The notes: generated by a model not told the origin, from the sequence alone. 64,000 nucleotides of DNA from Tepidisphaera sp. (GCA_050916045.1 CP051526.1:1280001-1344000), one strand, 5' to 3'; counted from the stretch's first letter, positions 30,471 through 40,828 are shown. Made by a program: numbers and translations.

Positions 30471-30714
30471 TCAGAGCTCCGGTGGGCGGTCGGGTTCTTC
30501 AAGGGTGGGCCCCAGAGGGGCCGGGACGGGAAGGGCGAGGACGGGAGTTGTACGCCTGTTCCCGGCAATGGGACGGCGGGCCCAAGCGGTACGCCCGGGA
30601 CGGGCGCGTGGTGCGTCCGCGGGGGGTGTATCGACCGGGAAGGGCTTTCATCCGCAAAGGAGGGGGTCGCCTAGGTGTGGCGTGCGGGGGTGTTCGGATT
30701 CGGGTAAGATCATG

Positions 30715-30890
30715 CTGCCCTCGTTTCGGCCCGCGATGGGCCGGGAAGGGTTGTAAGCGTGTTCCAGCGCCCGGCTGGGTGCTTGGACGATCAGAGGTTT
30801 GGTCGGCGGGAGATTCCCGCTGTATGAAGGTTGATGGTCAGGATGGGTCCCGAGCGTCGGCGAGAAGATCGCGACGGTCGGGACGGGCAG
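30715..30890 (+). ncRNA. Candidate structured RNA (6S-like or rny 5' leader)
   Basis: ~21-bp closing stem (CTGCCC..GTTTCGGCC-CGCGAT / ATCGCG-GGTCGGGAC-GGGCAG) and two internal hairpins; GU pairs favour the + strand; TAAGAT -10 box at 30705-30710. Confidence 0.45.
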
Positions 30891-31131
30891 GGGTGGGTCG
30901 CGGGCTTGGGCTTGGTGGTTTTGGGTGGGGATGCCCGCGAGCGGAAGCAGGAATGGAGCGTCACGTGGAGTGGATTGGCCGGGCGTGGGTGGTCGAGGTT
31001 GGTGGAGGGGCGCGCGAGCGCCGCTTGGCGAGGCCGATAAGCAGTTCCTGTCCGCGATCCTGATTGATTGACAGACCGACCGAGGTCGACCATGTCCCGT
31101 GCCGCGGCGCTTTCTGGAAGGAAGGTGCCTG

Positions 31132-32760
31132 ATGGATCTTTTTCTCTCTCCCGTGCTCGCCGATGTGACCAACGTCGTCGCCGGCGTCATCGGCGCTGGT
31201 GCGATCGTCATCGGGCTTCTCATCGGTGCCGCCGTCGGGTTCAGGATGCACAAAACCTCGACCGCGGGGGTCGTCGAGGAAGCCAACGCCAAAGCTCGCG
31301 AGATCACCGCTCGCGCCGAGACCGACGCCCGCGCCGCCGCAGACCGCGTCCGCCTCGAAGCCGAACAGAAAGCCCTCGAAGCCAAGAAAGCCGCCGAGAA
31401 GGAGCTTGACGGGGCCCGCAACGAACTCCGCGAAGCCGAACGCCGCCTCCAGAAACGCGAGGACGCCTTTGACCGCAAGGAGGATGGTCTGAACCAGAAG
31501 GAGCAGACCCTCCAGCGCAAGGACAGCGACCTGCAGCGGCAGATCGATCAGTACAAGACCAAGGAAGCCAAGCTTGGCGAGAAGGAAGCCGCTCTCGACA
31601 AAGCTCTCGAAGAGCAGACCAACAAGCTCTACCAGCTCACGCAGCTGTCGCCGGCCCAAGCCAAGGAAGAGCTCCTCCGGCGCGTCGAGGATGAGTGCAG
31701 GCTTGATGTCGCCAAGGTCGTCCGCAAGATGAACGAGGAAGCGGAAGCGGAAGCCAAGAAGAAAGCTCAGGAAATCACTCTCATGGCTGTGCAGCGGTAC
31801 GCCACCGAGCACACGCAGGAGTCGACCGTGCGGGCGGTGGCGCTCCCCAGCGACGACATCAAGGGCCGCATCATCGGCCGCGAGGGACGCAACATCCGCG
31901 CGATCGAGAAAGCGACCGGCGTGGACATCATCGTCGACGACACCCCCGGCGTCATCGTCGTCAGCTGCTTCGACAAGGTCCGGCAAGCGGTGGCGGTCGA
32001 GTCGCTCGAGCGGCTCATCGCCGACGGCCGGATGCACCCCTCCCGCATCGAAGAGGTCGTCGAAAAGGTCAAGAGCGAGATCGAGGGCAAGATCATCCAG
32101 TTCGGCAAGGACGCGATCCTCGAAGCCAACCTCCGCGGTATCCACCCTAAGGTCAGCGAAGCCATGGGCAAGCTGCGGTACCGCACCTCCTACGGCCAGA
32201 ACGTCCTCCGGCACTCGATCGAGGTCGGGTACCTCTGCCAGATCATCGCCGAGCAGCTCGGCTTGGATGGTGCTCTCGCTCGCCGCTGCGGGTTTCTCCA
32301 CGACATCGGCAAAGCGATGGACCACGAGATGGAGGGTGGCCACCCGAAGATCGGCATGGACTTCGCCAAGCAGTACGGCGAGAAGGACCCGGTCCTCAAC
32401 GCGATCGGCGGCCACCACGCGGATATCCCGTCAACGAGCTTCTACACGCCGATCGTGATGGCGGCGGATGCGGTGAGCTCGGCTCGTCCGGGCGCTCGCC
32501 GCGAGAGCATGGAGAAGTATGTCCAGCGGCTCAATGAGCTTCAGGACATCGCGATGGGCTTCCGCGGCGTGACCGAGGCGTACGCGATCCAAGCGGGCCG
32601 CGAAGTGCGCGTGATGATCGACGCGGCCCGCGTGGGTGATGATGAAGCGTACCTGATCGCTCACGACATCGCCAAGCGCGTGAGCGAGCAGATGACGTTC
32701 CCGGGTGAGATCAAGGTGACGGTGCTTCGCGAGACTCGGGCGATTGAGATTGCGAGGTAA
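31132..32760 (+). CDS. rny: Ribonuclease Y
   Basis: N-terminal TM and coiled coil, KH domain KGRIIGREGRNIR, RTSYGQNVL, HD motif LHDIGK, ADAVSSARPGAR, YAIQAGREVRV. Confidence 0.97.
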   Translation: MDLFLSPVLADVTNVVAGVIGAGAIVIGLLIGAAVGFRMHKTSTAGVVEEANAKAREITARAETDARAAADRVRLEAEQKALEAKKAAEKELDGARNELREAERRLQKREDAFDRKEDGLNQKEQTLQRKDSDLQRQIDQYKTKEAKLGEKEAALDKALEEQTNKLYQLTQLSPAQAKEELLRRVEDECRLDVAKVVRKMNEEAEAEAKKKAQEITLMAVQRYATEHTQESTVRAVALPSDDIKGRIIGREGRNIRAIEKATGVDIIVDDTPGVIVVSCFDKVRQAVAVESLERLIADGRMHPSRIEEVVEKVKSEIEGKIIQFGKDAILEANLRGIHPKVSEAMGKLRYRTSYGQNVLRHSIEVGYLCQIIAEQLGLDGALARRCGFLHDIGKAMDHEMEGGHPKIGMDFAKQYGEKDPVLNAIGGHHADIPSTSFYTPIVMAADAVSSARPGARRESMEKYVQRLNELQDIAMGFRGVTEAYAIQAGREVRVMIDAARVGDDEAYLIAHDIAKRVSEQMTFPGEIKVTVLRETRAIEIAR

Positions 32761-32801
32761 GGGGTCACGGAGTCGCGAAGTGACGGACGTCGCCGTCGAG
32801 G

Positions 32802-33929
32802 ATGGCCGCGGTGAGCTGGCACCTGCACGATCCCGGGCTTTGGCTGACGCTTGGGGCGTGGGTCGCGGGCGCGATCGGAGCGTGGCTTGTCGTGCGCGGC
32901 GTGCGAGGGATTCGGCTTGGGGTGACGGCTTGCCGGTCGTGCGGATATGACGTTACGGGAGTGGTGAGCGGCGTGTGTCCGGAATGCGGGCGAGAGCCGG
33001 GGCTTGCGAGGCGCGGGCGGTGCCGGACGAGGTGGCTCGCGCTTTCGTTGGGCGTCGTTGCGGTGGGGGTGTGCGTTGCGCAGCGGCGGTGGGTGAACCC
33101 GCTCGCGGACAAGATATGGGCGAACTTCCCGCCACGCGTGCTCGTAGAGTCTTACACGGAAGAGGGGCTTGACTGGCGGGTGTACCAGGCTCGCGGTGAG
33201 CGGACCGAGCCGTGGCCGGAGGCGATGGTCTGGGACACGGTGGCGTTCATCCGCCACGCTGAACTCGGCTGGGTGCAGGTGAACTTGCCTGAAGAGTTCG
33301 TCCATTTCGGCGGCGGTGGTGCCTTTACCGATCCGACGGACCTGAACGGCGACGGCGCTCCGGAACAGTTCCTGAGCACATGGTCAGGGGGCCCGCACTG
33401 CTGCTTCACGTTCTACATCATCGATTCAGCGGCACGAACATCGCCGATCACCGTGGTTGAGGGTGAACACTCTTCACCGATTCTCGAGGATGTCGATCAC
33501 GACGGTGTGGCCGAAATCGTGATCGATGATTGGAGTTTGGCGTATTGGAACTGGAGTTATGCAGGTTCGCCGGCGCCGCGTGTGGTGCTCACGATGCGGA
33601 GTGGCGTGCTTCGTCCGCTGATCTCCGCCATGCGGAAGCCGAAACGCGAAGTCATGGATGACACTGAAGGCGTGACGCCCGGTTCGGGCGAGGAGCCGCC
33701 GCAATCCGAAGAAGCGCCGTACTGGAGCCTGATGCTCGACCTCATGTACGAGGGCAACGAAGACCAGGCGTGGGAGTACCTTGACAGGATCTGGCCGGGT
33801 GACTCGAAAGCCAAGCGCCAATTCCGAACCGAGTTCCTCGAACAACTCGAATCGTCGAAGTGGTGGCCGATGATTCGAGCGGGATACGCCGCGGAGGCTC
33901 GCGACGCCGCCCGGTCCGACCCCGAATGA
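32802..33929 (+). CDS. Hypothetical membrane protein with zinc ribbon and FG-GAP/VCBS-like Ca-binding loops
   Basis: CRSCGYDV...CPECG between TM segments; DLNGDGAPE, WSGGPHCC, DVDHDGVAE. Confidence 0.7.
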   Translation: MAAVSWHLHDPGLWLTLGAWVAGAIGAWLVVRGVRGIRLGVTACRSCGYDVTGVVSGVCPECGREPGLARRGRCRTRWLALSLGVVAVGVCVAQRRWVNPLADKIWANFPPRVLVESYTEEGLDWRVYQARGERTEPWPEAMVWDTVAFIRHAELGWVQVNLPEEFVHFGGGGAFTDPTDLNGDGAPEQFLSTWSGGPHCCFTFYIIDSAARTSPITVVEGEHSSPILEDVDHDGVAEIVIDDWSLAYWNWSYAGSPAPRVVLTMRSGVLRPLISAMRKPKREVMDDTEGVTPGSGEEPPQSEEAPYWSLMLDLMYEGNEDQAWEYLDRIWPGDSKAKRQFRTEFLEQLESSKWWPMIRAGYAAEARDAARSDPE

Positions 33930-33936
33930 TGTCCGC

Positions 33937-35250
33937 ATGACGATCCTGCGAGCGAGTGTGGCGGCGGTGGTGTTGATTTTCATGTCGGGGTGCGGTTCTG
34001 CTGGCTTTCTCGCGGCGCCGGGATCGCTCGCTCCGCCTGGGCTTTGGGCGGAACCGATGCCTGGAATGCGAAGCCTCCGCGAGTTCGGCGTCGCTTGGGA
34101 CAAGGCGCCCGCCGAGAATCGGGCCGCGATGCAAGCCGCGATCGATTGGGCATCGTCGTGCGGGGGCGTCGTCTGGGTCGAGCCGACGGATGAGCCGTAT
34201 CCGATGGCTTCCGGGCTGGTGCTGAAGCGGAACGCTTCCATCGTCGGGGCTCAGGGGCCGGTCGGTCGCGGAACCAAGCACGCGACCAAGCCCCAGCCAG
34301 TCGGAAGCGTCTTCCGCATCGAGGACACTGACAAGCCCTTCATCACCGTCGAGACCGCGACGCGGATCGAGGGGGTGCAGTTCTGGTACCCCAAGCAGAC
34401 GCTTCGCGACCCACAAGCCGTGATCGCGTACCCGCCGACGATCCAGGTGTCCAAGCAGCAGGCGGTACACGGCGTGACGCTCCGCTCGCTGACGTTCTTC
34501 GGCGAGTTTCTCGCGATGGACTTCGCCGCCGGTGAGCACGCGTGCGAGCAGATCCTTTTCGAGCACTGCTATGGCTATCCGCTGAGCGGTGAATTCATCC
34601 GCATCGACCGCTGCTATGACATCCCGCGGATCCTGCACTGCCACGTGAACCCGGCGAACCGGCGGGCGTTTGCGGGCGATTGTTCGCCGGCAGTCGTGGA
34701 CTCGGTCATCGCTCGCGGCACATACGCGTACGCGATTGACCGGACCGACAACGCGCAGGTGATGGATGTCTTCACATTCGGGACGTACGGCGGGATCAAG
34801 CTCGGGCACGCGAGCTACGGGCAGATGACCAACTTCAACTTCGACTGCGTGACGGTGGGGGTGTGGAAGGGGGGCGATTCATCGTTCAATCGGAACTGGA
34901 TGATCGCGCAAGGGTCGATCATCGCGAACGCGGGGAAGATCGAGGACATTCACCCCATCGTGGTGGAGGGGATGGGCCATCTCGCGGTGAGCAACGTGGA
35001 AGCGTTCTCAGGGCCGAACGCCGCGCTCACGGTTGTGCAGGGCGGGGGCCGCTCTCGCGATTTCCTTGAGGTCCGCGGCGACAAGCGAGCGACCGTTTCG
35101 CTCAGCGGCTGCCGCATGCGGAACTACGAAAGCCAGAGCCCGATCACGATGAAGAACCCCAACGCGACGGTCGTCCTCCGAAGCTGCTTTGATCGCGAGG
35201 AACGTCTGCTCGAAAGCGTCCTTGGTCTATCGCCCGTCCAGGAGCGCTGA
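33937..35250 (+). CDS. Putative lipoprotein with pectin-lyase-like beta-helix fold
   Basis: Lipobox MSGC; REFGV..D...N.AAMQAAID....GGVV, typical of the N-terminus of pectate_lyase_3-like proteins. Confidence 0.65.
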   Translation: MTILRASVAAVVLIFMSGCGSAGFLAAPGSLAPPGLWAEPMPGMRSLREFGVAWDKAPAENRAAMQAAIDWASSCGGVVWVEPTDEPYPMASGLVLKRNASIVGAQGPVGRGTKHATKPQPVGSVFRIEDTDKPFITVETATRIEGVQFWYPKQTLRDPQAVIAYPPTIQVSKQQAVHGVTLRSLTFFGEFLAMDFAAGEHACEQILFEHCYGYPLSGEFIRIDRCYDIPRILHCHVNPANRRAFAGDCSPAVVDSVIARGTYAYAIDRTDNAQVMDVFTFGTYGGIKLGHASYGQMTNFNFDCVTVGVWKGGDSSFNRNWMIAQGSIIANAGKIEDIHPIVVEGMGHLAVSNVEAFSGPNAALTVVQGGGRSRDFLEVRGDKRATVSLSGCRMRNYESQSPITMKNPNATVVLRSCFDREERLLESVLGLSPVQER

Positions 35251-35388
35251 ACACTCAATCGGACATTGGATTGCGGACGTTCCGATCAGCCGGAACGAGA
35301 GGGCCTCGACGCGGTGTCCGCAGGCCCGGGGGGTGCCACGTGTCCGAAGGCGTGGATGCCTTGCTGCGCAAAAGGCGACCCGGTCTCG

Positions 35389-35754
35389 TCACTGCGGGAT
35401 CATGAGCTTGAACTGCGACGGCGCGATGCCCGTCGGGGGGATGCCGCCGGGGTTGCCGTTTGCGACGCCACCGGCGATGCCACCTTCATCGCCAAGCCGC
35501 ATCGGCGGGAATTGCGTGTGCAGTGGCGAACCGGGCTTGAGGTGCAGAACTCGGGTCTGATCGCCCAATCCGGTGAGGGGCCGGCCGCTGGCGGCTTCGC
35601 GAGCGCCCTGGGGCGAAAGGCCCGCGGAACGCTGCGAATCGATGATGAGCACGTGCCGCATCGGCGAAGCCATGGGCACACCCGTCGCGACGGACGCGAA
35701 GGGAACGGGGACGGGCGGGGTGGGACCGGACGGAAGGACGAGTGGACCGGGCAT
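35389..35754 (-). CDS. Small DUF4150/PAAR-like protein (divergent)
   Basis: GAGGAG RBS before ATG 35754; PTPPVPVPFASVA and LGDEGGIAGGVANG resemble DUF4150 motifs. Confidence 0.5.
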   Translation of the reverse strand: MPGPLVLPSGPTPPVPVPFASVATGVPMASPMRHVLIIDSQRSAGLSPQGAREAASGRPLTGLGDQTRVLHLKPGSPLHTQFPPMRLGDEGGIAGGVANGNPGGIPPTGIAPSQFKLMIPQ

Positions 35755-36051
35755 CGGTGGACTCCTCGCATTCGCGACGCGGGTGATCGAATGAACCTCA
35801 TGGTAGCGCCCGCTTCGAACGGCTCCGGGACGAGCCCCAACGTCCGCAAATGTTGAGCGTCGATCGACCAGCCTCCTCGGGCAGGGTCTGGTTCGGGAGT
35901 GGAACGAACCGGCGTGTGAAGTTGGGCGATTCTGAACGGATTTTTCGCGGATGGCGCGCCAATTCGTGGTTCGTGTCTGTCTTTCTTCGCAGATACTGTT
36001 GATTCTTCGCCCCGTTCCGAGTCGGGGGGGCGATGGCATGGGAGAGAACTG

Positions 36052-39000
36052 ATGCAATTGCGTGCTTTGGTGCGGAAGTCGGCGGCGGCCTCAGCGTGGC
36101 TTGTTGCGGCTTTGGCGGCGGCGACGGTCGGCGCGGCCCCCGTTTCCTGGACGGGTCTTGGCGACGGCGTGAACTGGAGCGATCCGCTGAACTGGTCGGG
36201 GAACGCCCTTCCGGGTCCGACCGATGACGTGACGATCAACATCGCGGCCAATCCGACGATCATCGTCAGCGGCGTGAACCCTGTCATTCAGAGCTTGTCG
36301 ACCGCGGAAGAGCTCCGCATCTCGGCCGGAGCGACGTTCACGACGGCGACAGCGGCCTGCACGGCTCCGGTTCGTCTGGGCGGCGGGACGATCGCGGGCG
36401 GCGCGTGGACGTTCACGAACGGCGCGGCTCTCCTGATTGTTGGAACGTCGGAAGGCCGGCTGAACAACCCGGCGATCAGCGGCGATGTGATCCATGTGGA
36501 CGGCAGCTCGCGTCTCCGCGTGAACGTGAACACCACGTTCACGGCTATGCGATTCCGCGGCAACAGCCAGTCGGCGGCGTTCGAAGCCGGTTATGTGCTG
36601 AACTCGCAGATCATCGCCGACCCGGTTTCATCCGCGTCGGCGTGGGTCGAGACGTTTGGGAACGGGTCGTTCACCGTCGGCCCGACCGGCGTGATTGCGA
36701 CGATCCCTGACGTTCAGTCGACGATCGCCGTCGGTCAGCCCTTTTGGTACTCCTCCACGACGACGCTGGCGGTCCAGGGGCTGATCTCCAATCGCGGGCC
36801 CGGCAGCATGACGGTCGACCCTTCGTCGATGTCGGTCGCCGCCGGCGGGAGGATCGAGAACATCGGCACGGGTTCTTCGACGGTGGGTGTGCGCACGGCG
36901 CCCCTCACCTGGACGAATAGCGGCACGATCGCGGTGACCGCGGGCCGCATCACGCTGACGGACACGTTCACCAACTTCGGAACGCTGCAGGTCACGGGCC
37001 CGGGCCGTCTGGTGCTCGACGGCGCCTGGACCAACAGCGGGACGATCGCGATCTCGGGTGCGGGGCGTGTTGATCTCGGGGGCTCGTTCACGACGGCGTC
37101 GATCGGCACGATTTCCCGAGGCGGCGGCGGCACGGATGGGACCGTCGCGGTCATGGGCGCGTGGAATAACACGGCCGCGACCTACACGTTCGGCACCGCC
37201 GGTTCGTTCCTGCTGGATGGCGGCACGATCACCGGTGGCACGATCAGCCCGGGCCTCGGCGGCCAGACGCTGATTCCGGGCAACGCGTCGAACAGCCTTA
37301 TCGGCGTCAACTACACCGGCGAACTGGTCCTCGACACATCGAGCGGCCGGCTGCGTGTGGATGCCAGCACGACCCTCGGCGGCGTTCGCGTCCGCGCTGG
37401 CAACGGCGGCGTCTCCTTCGCTCCCGGGTATGTGATCAACTTCCCGATCATCATCGAGAGCAACGCTTCGATCGGCACCGTCGGGTTTGACACCAACGGC
37501 AACGGCACGCTGACGTTCGGCTCTTCGGCGTCGATCTCAAGCATCGGCACCTGGACGGGAACGCTCAGCTTCGGCCCGTCGTGGTGGTCTTCCGCGTCGG
37601 CCGAGTTCATCGTGCAGGGCACGATGGCGCTGGGCGGCACGGGTCGCACGCTCCGCGTGGGCGGAACGGTCGCGACGATCCGGTCAGGCGGCGCGGTGAA
37701 CGTTTCGGGCGGGACCACGCTCGCGATGGATGTCTCGGGCGGACAGGGCAGCTCGTGGAGCTGCGCCGGCTCGATCTCTGTGGCGGACGGTGCCTTTCAG
37801 GCGAGCGACACCTGGAGCATCACCGGCAGCGTCCTTGCGACAAACGCCACCATCACGCTCGATGGTGTCTATTCGACCTCGAGCGTCTCGCGGATCAACC
37901 GCACCGGCGGGGTGCTCAACCTGCAGGGACAGTGCGACAACACCGGGCGCACGACCGTGCTGGGCCCGACGACCGGCTCGTGGCGCGTGATCAGCGCGAC
38001 GATCACCGGCGGCACAATCGACGGAACGCCCACCGATCGGCTTGTGATCACGTCCAGCGGAGGCACGCTGGTCGACGTGACCCTCCTCGACGAGTTGGTT
38101 GTTGATGATGGCAGCAGTGCGCGGGTGCGTGTGCTTGGAACCACCACGATGCCCTCGGCGAGATTGGTTTCTCTTTCCGCCGGCCTGTCATACGGGAGCG
38201 GCGCGGTGATCAACTATCCGATCGTTTCGGCGTCGCCTACGGCAACGACGCACGGCATCGATTCGGCGACTGCCGGCGCGACCCTGACTATCGGCCCCTC
38301 CGGTTCGTTCACGACCGCTCCGGGCACGCTCGGGTCGCTCTCGGTGGGCGCGGCTTGGTGGAGCAACGAGACCGCCACCCTCAACAACCAGGGTTTGATC
38401 GCGGGGAGCGGGCTTAATCGTGCGCTGACGATCCAAGCCACGACGGCCTTCAACAACACCGGAACGATCCGGGTTCGCAACGGCGTCGACGCGACGATCC
38501 GGGCCCTGACCGGCAATGCGGCGGGGTTCGATATCCTCGACGCGGGCTCCACGATCGAGATCAACGGCAACTACAACCTCTCGGGTACGCTCGCGGTCAA
38601 CCCCGGCACGCTGGCGCGTCTCCGGGGCACCTGGACGAACACGGGCACGATCAACGTGGCCGCGTCCGGCGTTCTCGAACTGGACGGCACGTTCACGCTC
38701 GCCTCGCTGGGCACGCTTACCAGCGCGGGTGGCAGCGTGACGATCATCGGCACGCTCAACAACACGACCAATCTCACGCTCAACGCGGCCACCGGCTCAT
38801 GGACGCTCGGTTCGGGCGGTCGGATCATCGGTGGCACGGTCAACCAGACGCAGGGGAGCCGCCTGCTCTTCGCGGGTGAATGCACGCTCGAGAACGTGCA
38901 GTTCACTTCCGAGCTCAATGTCGGCGGCAGCAACGCGCGTGTTCGCCTCGAGGGCACCAGCCGGGCGCCTGCCTACCGACTCTCGGGGACGAGCCCCGGC

Positions 39001-40008
39001 ATTCTCTTCCCGCCGGGCCACGTGATGAACGAGACGATCATCGGCGAAAGCCCAAGCACCAAGGGCGTTGAGCTCTGGGCCAACGGCACGCTCACCATCG
39101 GCCCCTCTGGGCGGATCTCCAACACGGGCGGCGGGATCTCCGTGGGTTCGTTCTGGGCTTCCAGCATCTCACGCGTGCTCGTCAACCAGGGCGTGATCGA
39201 GTCCGCCGGGAGCTCGACGCTGTCGATCAACTCGCCGATCCTCGGCAACTACGACGCTGGAACGGGCACGCTGACGGGCGGCGTCTGGCGTGCGACTCAG
39301 GGCGGTATTCTCAGCTTCGGCAACAACACGATCCTGCGCAACAACGCCCGCATCGAGCTCGGCGGCGTCGGGGGCACCCCCAACGATCTCTCGTCTCTTT
39401 CCGAGAACCTCGGCACCCTGGAACTTCAGGACGGCCGCGACATCACGATCCTCGGCAGCCCGCAGCAGCCGACCCTCTTCACCAACAGCGGGACGATCCG
39501 CCTCGGCGCCGGCAGCCGGCTCTCGATCGGAAGCTCCTCCCGCGGCGCCGCTTTCACACAGACCGGCACGGGCACGGTGAGCTTCGACCTCGGCGGCGAA
39601 AACGTGAACACCGAGTACGGAAGCATGCGGGTCTTCGGCACCGCCACCCTCGACGGAACGGTGCAAGCCCAGTACGTGAACAACTTCCAGCGCGAGTGTG
39701 GCCAGCTCTTCCAGGTCATCGACGCCAACATCCGTGTGGGTCAGTTCGCGACCCGCAACGTGCCGCCCGTCACCGACGACTCGGTCTTCCTCGTCTTCTA
39801 CGGCGGCGCGGACGTGCGGATGACCGTCTCCTCCCGCGCGGACTTCAACGAGGACGGGTTCGTCGACTTCTTCGACTACGACGAGTTCGTGCAGTGCTTT
39901 GAGGGCAACTGCCCCCCGGGCGTCTCCGCGGACTACAACCGCGATGACTTCGTGGACTTCTTCGACTATGACGAGTTCGTCTTCCGGTTCGAAGCCGGCT
40001 GCGACTAA
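36052..40008 (+). CDS. Large secreted beta-rich adhesin-like protein with C-terminal GC-type dockerin-like anchor
   Basis: Signal peptide; WTG.GDG..WSDP.NW; Gly/Thr/Ser/Asn-rich beta repeats; C-terminal duplicated ADFNxDGFVDFFDYDEF...FEAGCD. Confidence 0.88.
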   Translation: MQLRALVRKSAAASAWLVAALAAATVGAAPVSWTGLGDGVNWSDPLNWSGNALPGPTDDVTINIAANPTIIVSGVNPVIQSLSTAEELRISAGATFTTATAACTAPVRLGGGTIAGGAWTFTNGAALLIVGTSEGRLNNPAISGDVIHVDGSSRLRVNVNTTFTAMRFRGNSQSAAFEAGYVLNSQIIADPVSSASAWVETFGNGSFTVGPTGVIATIPDVQSTIAVGQPFWYSSTTTLAVQGLISNRGPGSMTVDPSSMSVAAGGRIENIGTGSSTVGVRTAPLTWTNSGTIAVTAGRITLTDTFTNFGTLQVTGPGRLVLDGAWTNSGTIAISGAGRVDLGGSFTTASIGTISRGGGGTDGTVAVMGAWNNTAATYTFGTAGSFLLDGGTITGGTISPGLGGQTLIPGNASNSLIGVNYTGELVLDTSSGRLRVDASTTLGGVRVRAGNGGVSFAPGYVINFPIIIESNASIGTVGFDTNGNGTLTFGSSASISSIGTWTGTLSFGPSWWSSASAEFIVQGTMALGGTGRTLRVGGTVATIRSGGAVNVSGGTTLAMDVSGGQGSSWSCAGSISVADGAFQASDTWSITGSVLATNATITLDGVYSTSSVSRINRTGGVLNLQGQCDNTGRTTVLGPTTGSWRVISATITGGTIDGTPTDRLVITSSGGTLVDVTLLDELVVDDGSSARVRVLGTTTMPSARLVSLSAGLSYGSGAVINYPIVSASPTATTHGIDSATAGATLTIGPSGSFTTAPGTLGSLSVGAAWWSNETATLNNQGLIAGSGLNRALTIQATTAFNNTGTIRVRNGVDATIRALTGNAAGFDILDAGSTIEINGNYNLSGTLAVNPGTLARLRGTWTNTGTINVAASGVLELDGTFTLASLGTLTSAGGSVTIIGTLNNTTNLTLNAATGSWTLGSGGRIIGGTVNQTQGSRLLFAGECTLENVQFTSELNVGGSNARVRLEGTSRAPAYRLSGTSPGILFPPGHVMNETIIGESPSTKGVELWANGTLTIGPSGRISNTGGGISVGSFWASSISRVLVNQGVIESAGSSTLSINSPILGNYDAGTGTLTGGVWRATQGGILSFGNNTILRNNARIELGGVGGTPNDLSSLSENLGTLELQDGRDITILGSPQQPTLFTNSGTIRLGAGSRLSIGSSSRGAAFTQTGTGTVSFDLGGENVNTEYGSMRVFGTATLDGTVQAQYVNNFQRECGQLFQVIDANIRVGQFATRNVPPVTDDSVFLVFYGGADVRMTVSSRADFNEDGFVDFFDYDEFVQCFEGNCPPGVSADYNRDDFVDFFDYDEFVFRFEAGCD

Positions 40009-40017
40009 GCACCTTCA

Positions 40018-40047
40018 CCGCGGCCCGCGCTGACGCGCGGGCCGCGG
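40018..40047. terminator. Strong hairpin between convergent genes
   Basis: CCGCGGCCCGCGC-TGAC-GCGCGGGCCGCGG 13-bp perfect stem; weak U-tract. Confidence 0.55.
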
Positions 40048-40067
40048 ATTGTCCAAGAACTTCCGGA

Positions 40068-40754
40068 TCAGCCGGGCTGCTTGACGTAGATGAACGCAAA
40101 CCCGTCGTAGCCCTTGCTCCCCACGGTCTGGATCGCCGTCGCTTCCACCCGCGGCGCGATGAACGGGTCGCTCCGGAGCGCTTCGTTCATCCGGCGGACA
40201 CCCTGCACGCGGTCGTCCGAGCTCGCGGCGTCCGCTACATCGCCCGCACGGATGACGTTGTCGACAATGATCACCCCGCCCGGCCGGGTCATGCGAACCG
40301 CCCAGCCGACGTACTCCGAGTTGCTCTGTTTGTCCGCGTCGATGAAGACAAGGTCAAACGGCCGATCCATGTCTCGCTGCACGCCGGGGAGCAGGTTCAG
40401 AGCACGCCCCACGCGAACCTCGACCCGGTCCGCCACGCCCGCGTTCTTCAGGTTCTGAGCCGCAACCTTCGCGTGCTCGGGGCTGATCTCCAGGGTCACC
40501 AGCTTGCCGCTCGCCGGCAGCGCCCGAGCAAGCCAGATCGCGCTGTACCCGCCGAGGGTTCCGATCTCGAGGATGCGTTCCGCGCGGATCGACCGCGCGA
40601 ACAGGTGAAGCAGCTTTCCCTCCGCCGGAGCGACGCTGATCGCCGGAAGGCCCGCGGCTTCGCACTCCGCAAGCGTGCGATCAAGCGCGTGATCCTTCGC
40701 GTGGAGGGCTGACACGTTGTACCGCTCAACCGCCGACCAGACCGCTTGTGACAT
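40068..40754 (-). CDS. O-methyltransferase (Methyltransf_3, caffeoyl-CoA OMT-like)
   Basis: ILEIGTLGGYS, FDLVFIDADK, IIVDNV, QTVGSKGYDGF. Confidence 0.93.
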   Translation of the reverse strand: MSQAVWSAVERYNVSALHAKDHALDRTLAECEAAGLPAISVAPAEGKLLHLFARSIRAERILEIGTLGGYSAIWLARALPASGKLVTLEISPEHAKVAAQNLKNAGVADRVEVRVGRALNLLPGVQRDMDRPFDLVFIDADKQSNSEYVGWAVRMTRPGGVIIVDNVIRAGDVADAASSDDRVQGVRRMNEALRSDPFIAPRVEATAIQTVGSKGYDGFAFIYVKQPG

Positions 40755-40828
40755 CGCAAATCTCCCGAAGCGCCCGGGCTTCCGCCGCGGACACGAGAGG
40801 TTACGTCGCCCGAGCACTACACTCCCGC

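Noticed and set aside
40755..40828. Guanidine riboswitch upstream of the SMR transporter
   Set aside because: The intergenic gap is only ~74 nt, and I see no paired ACGR-loop hairpins or ykkC-III pattern
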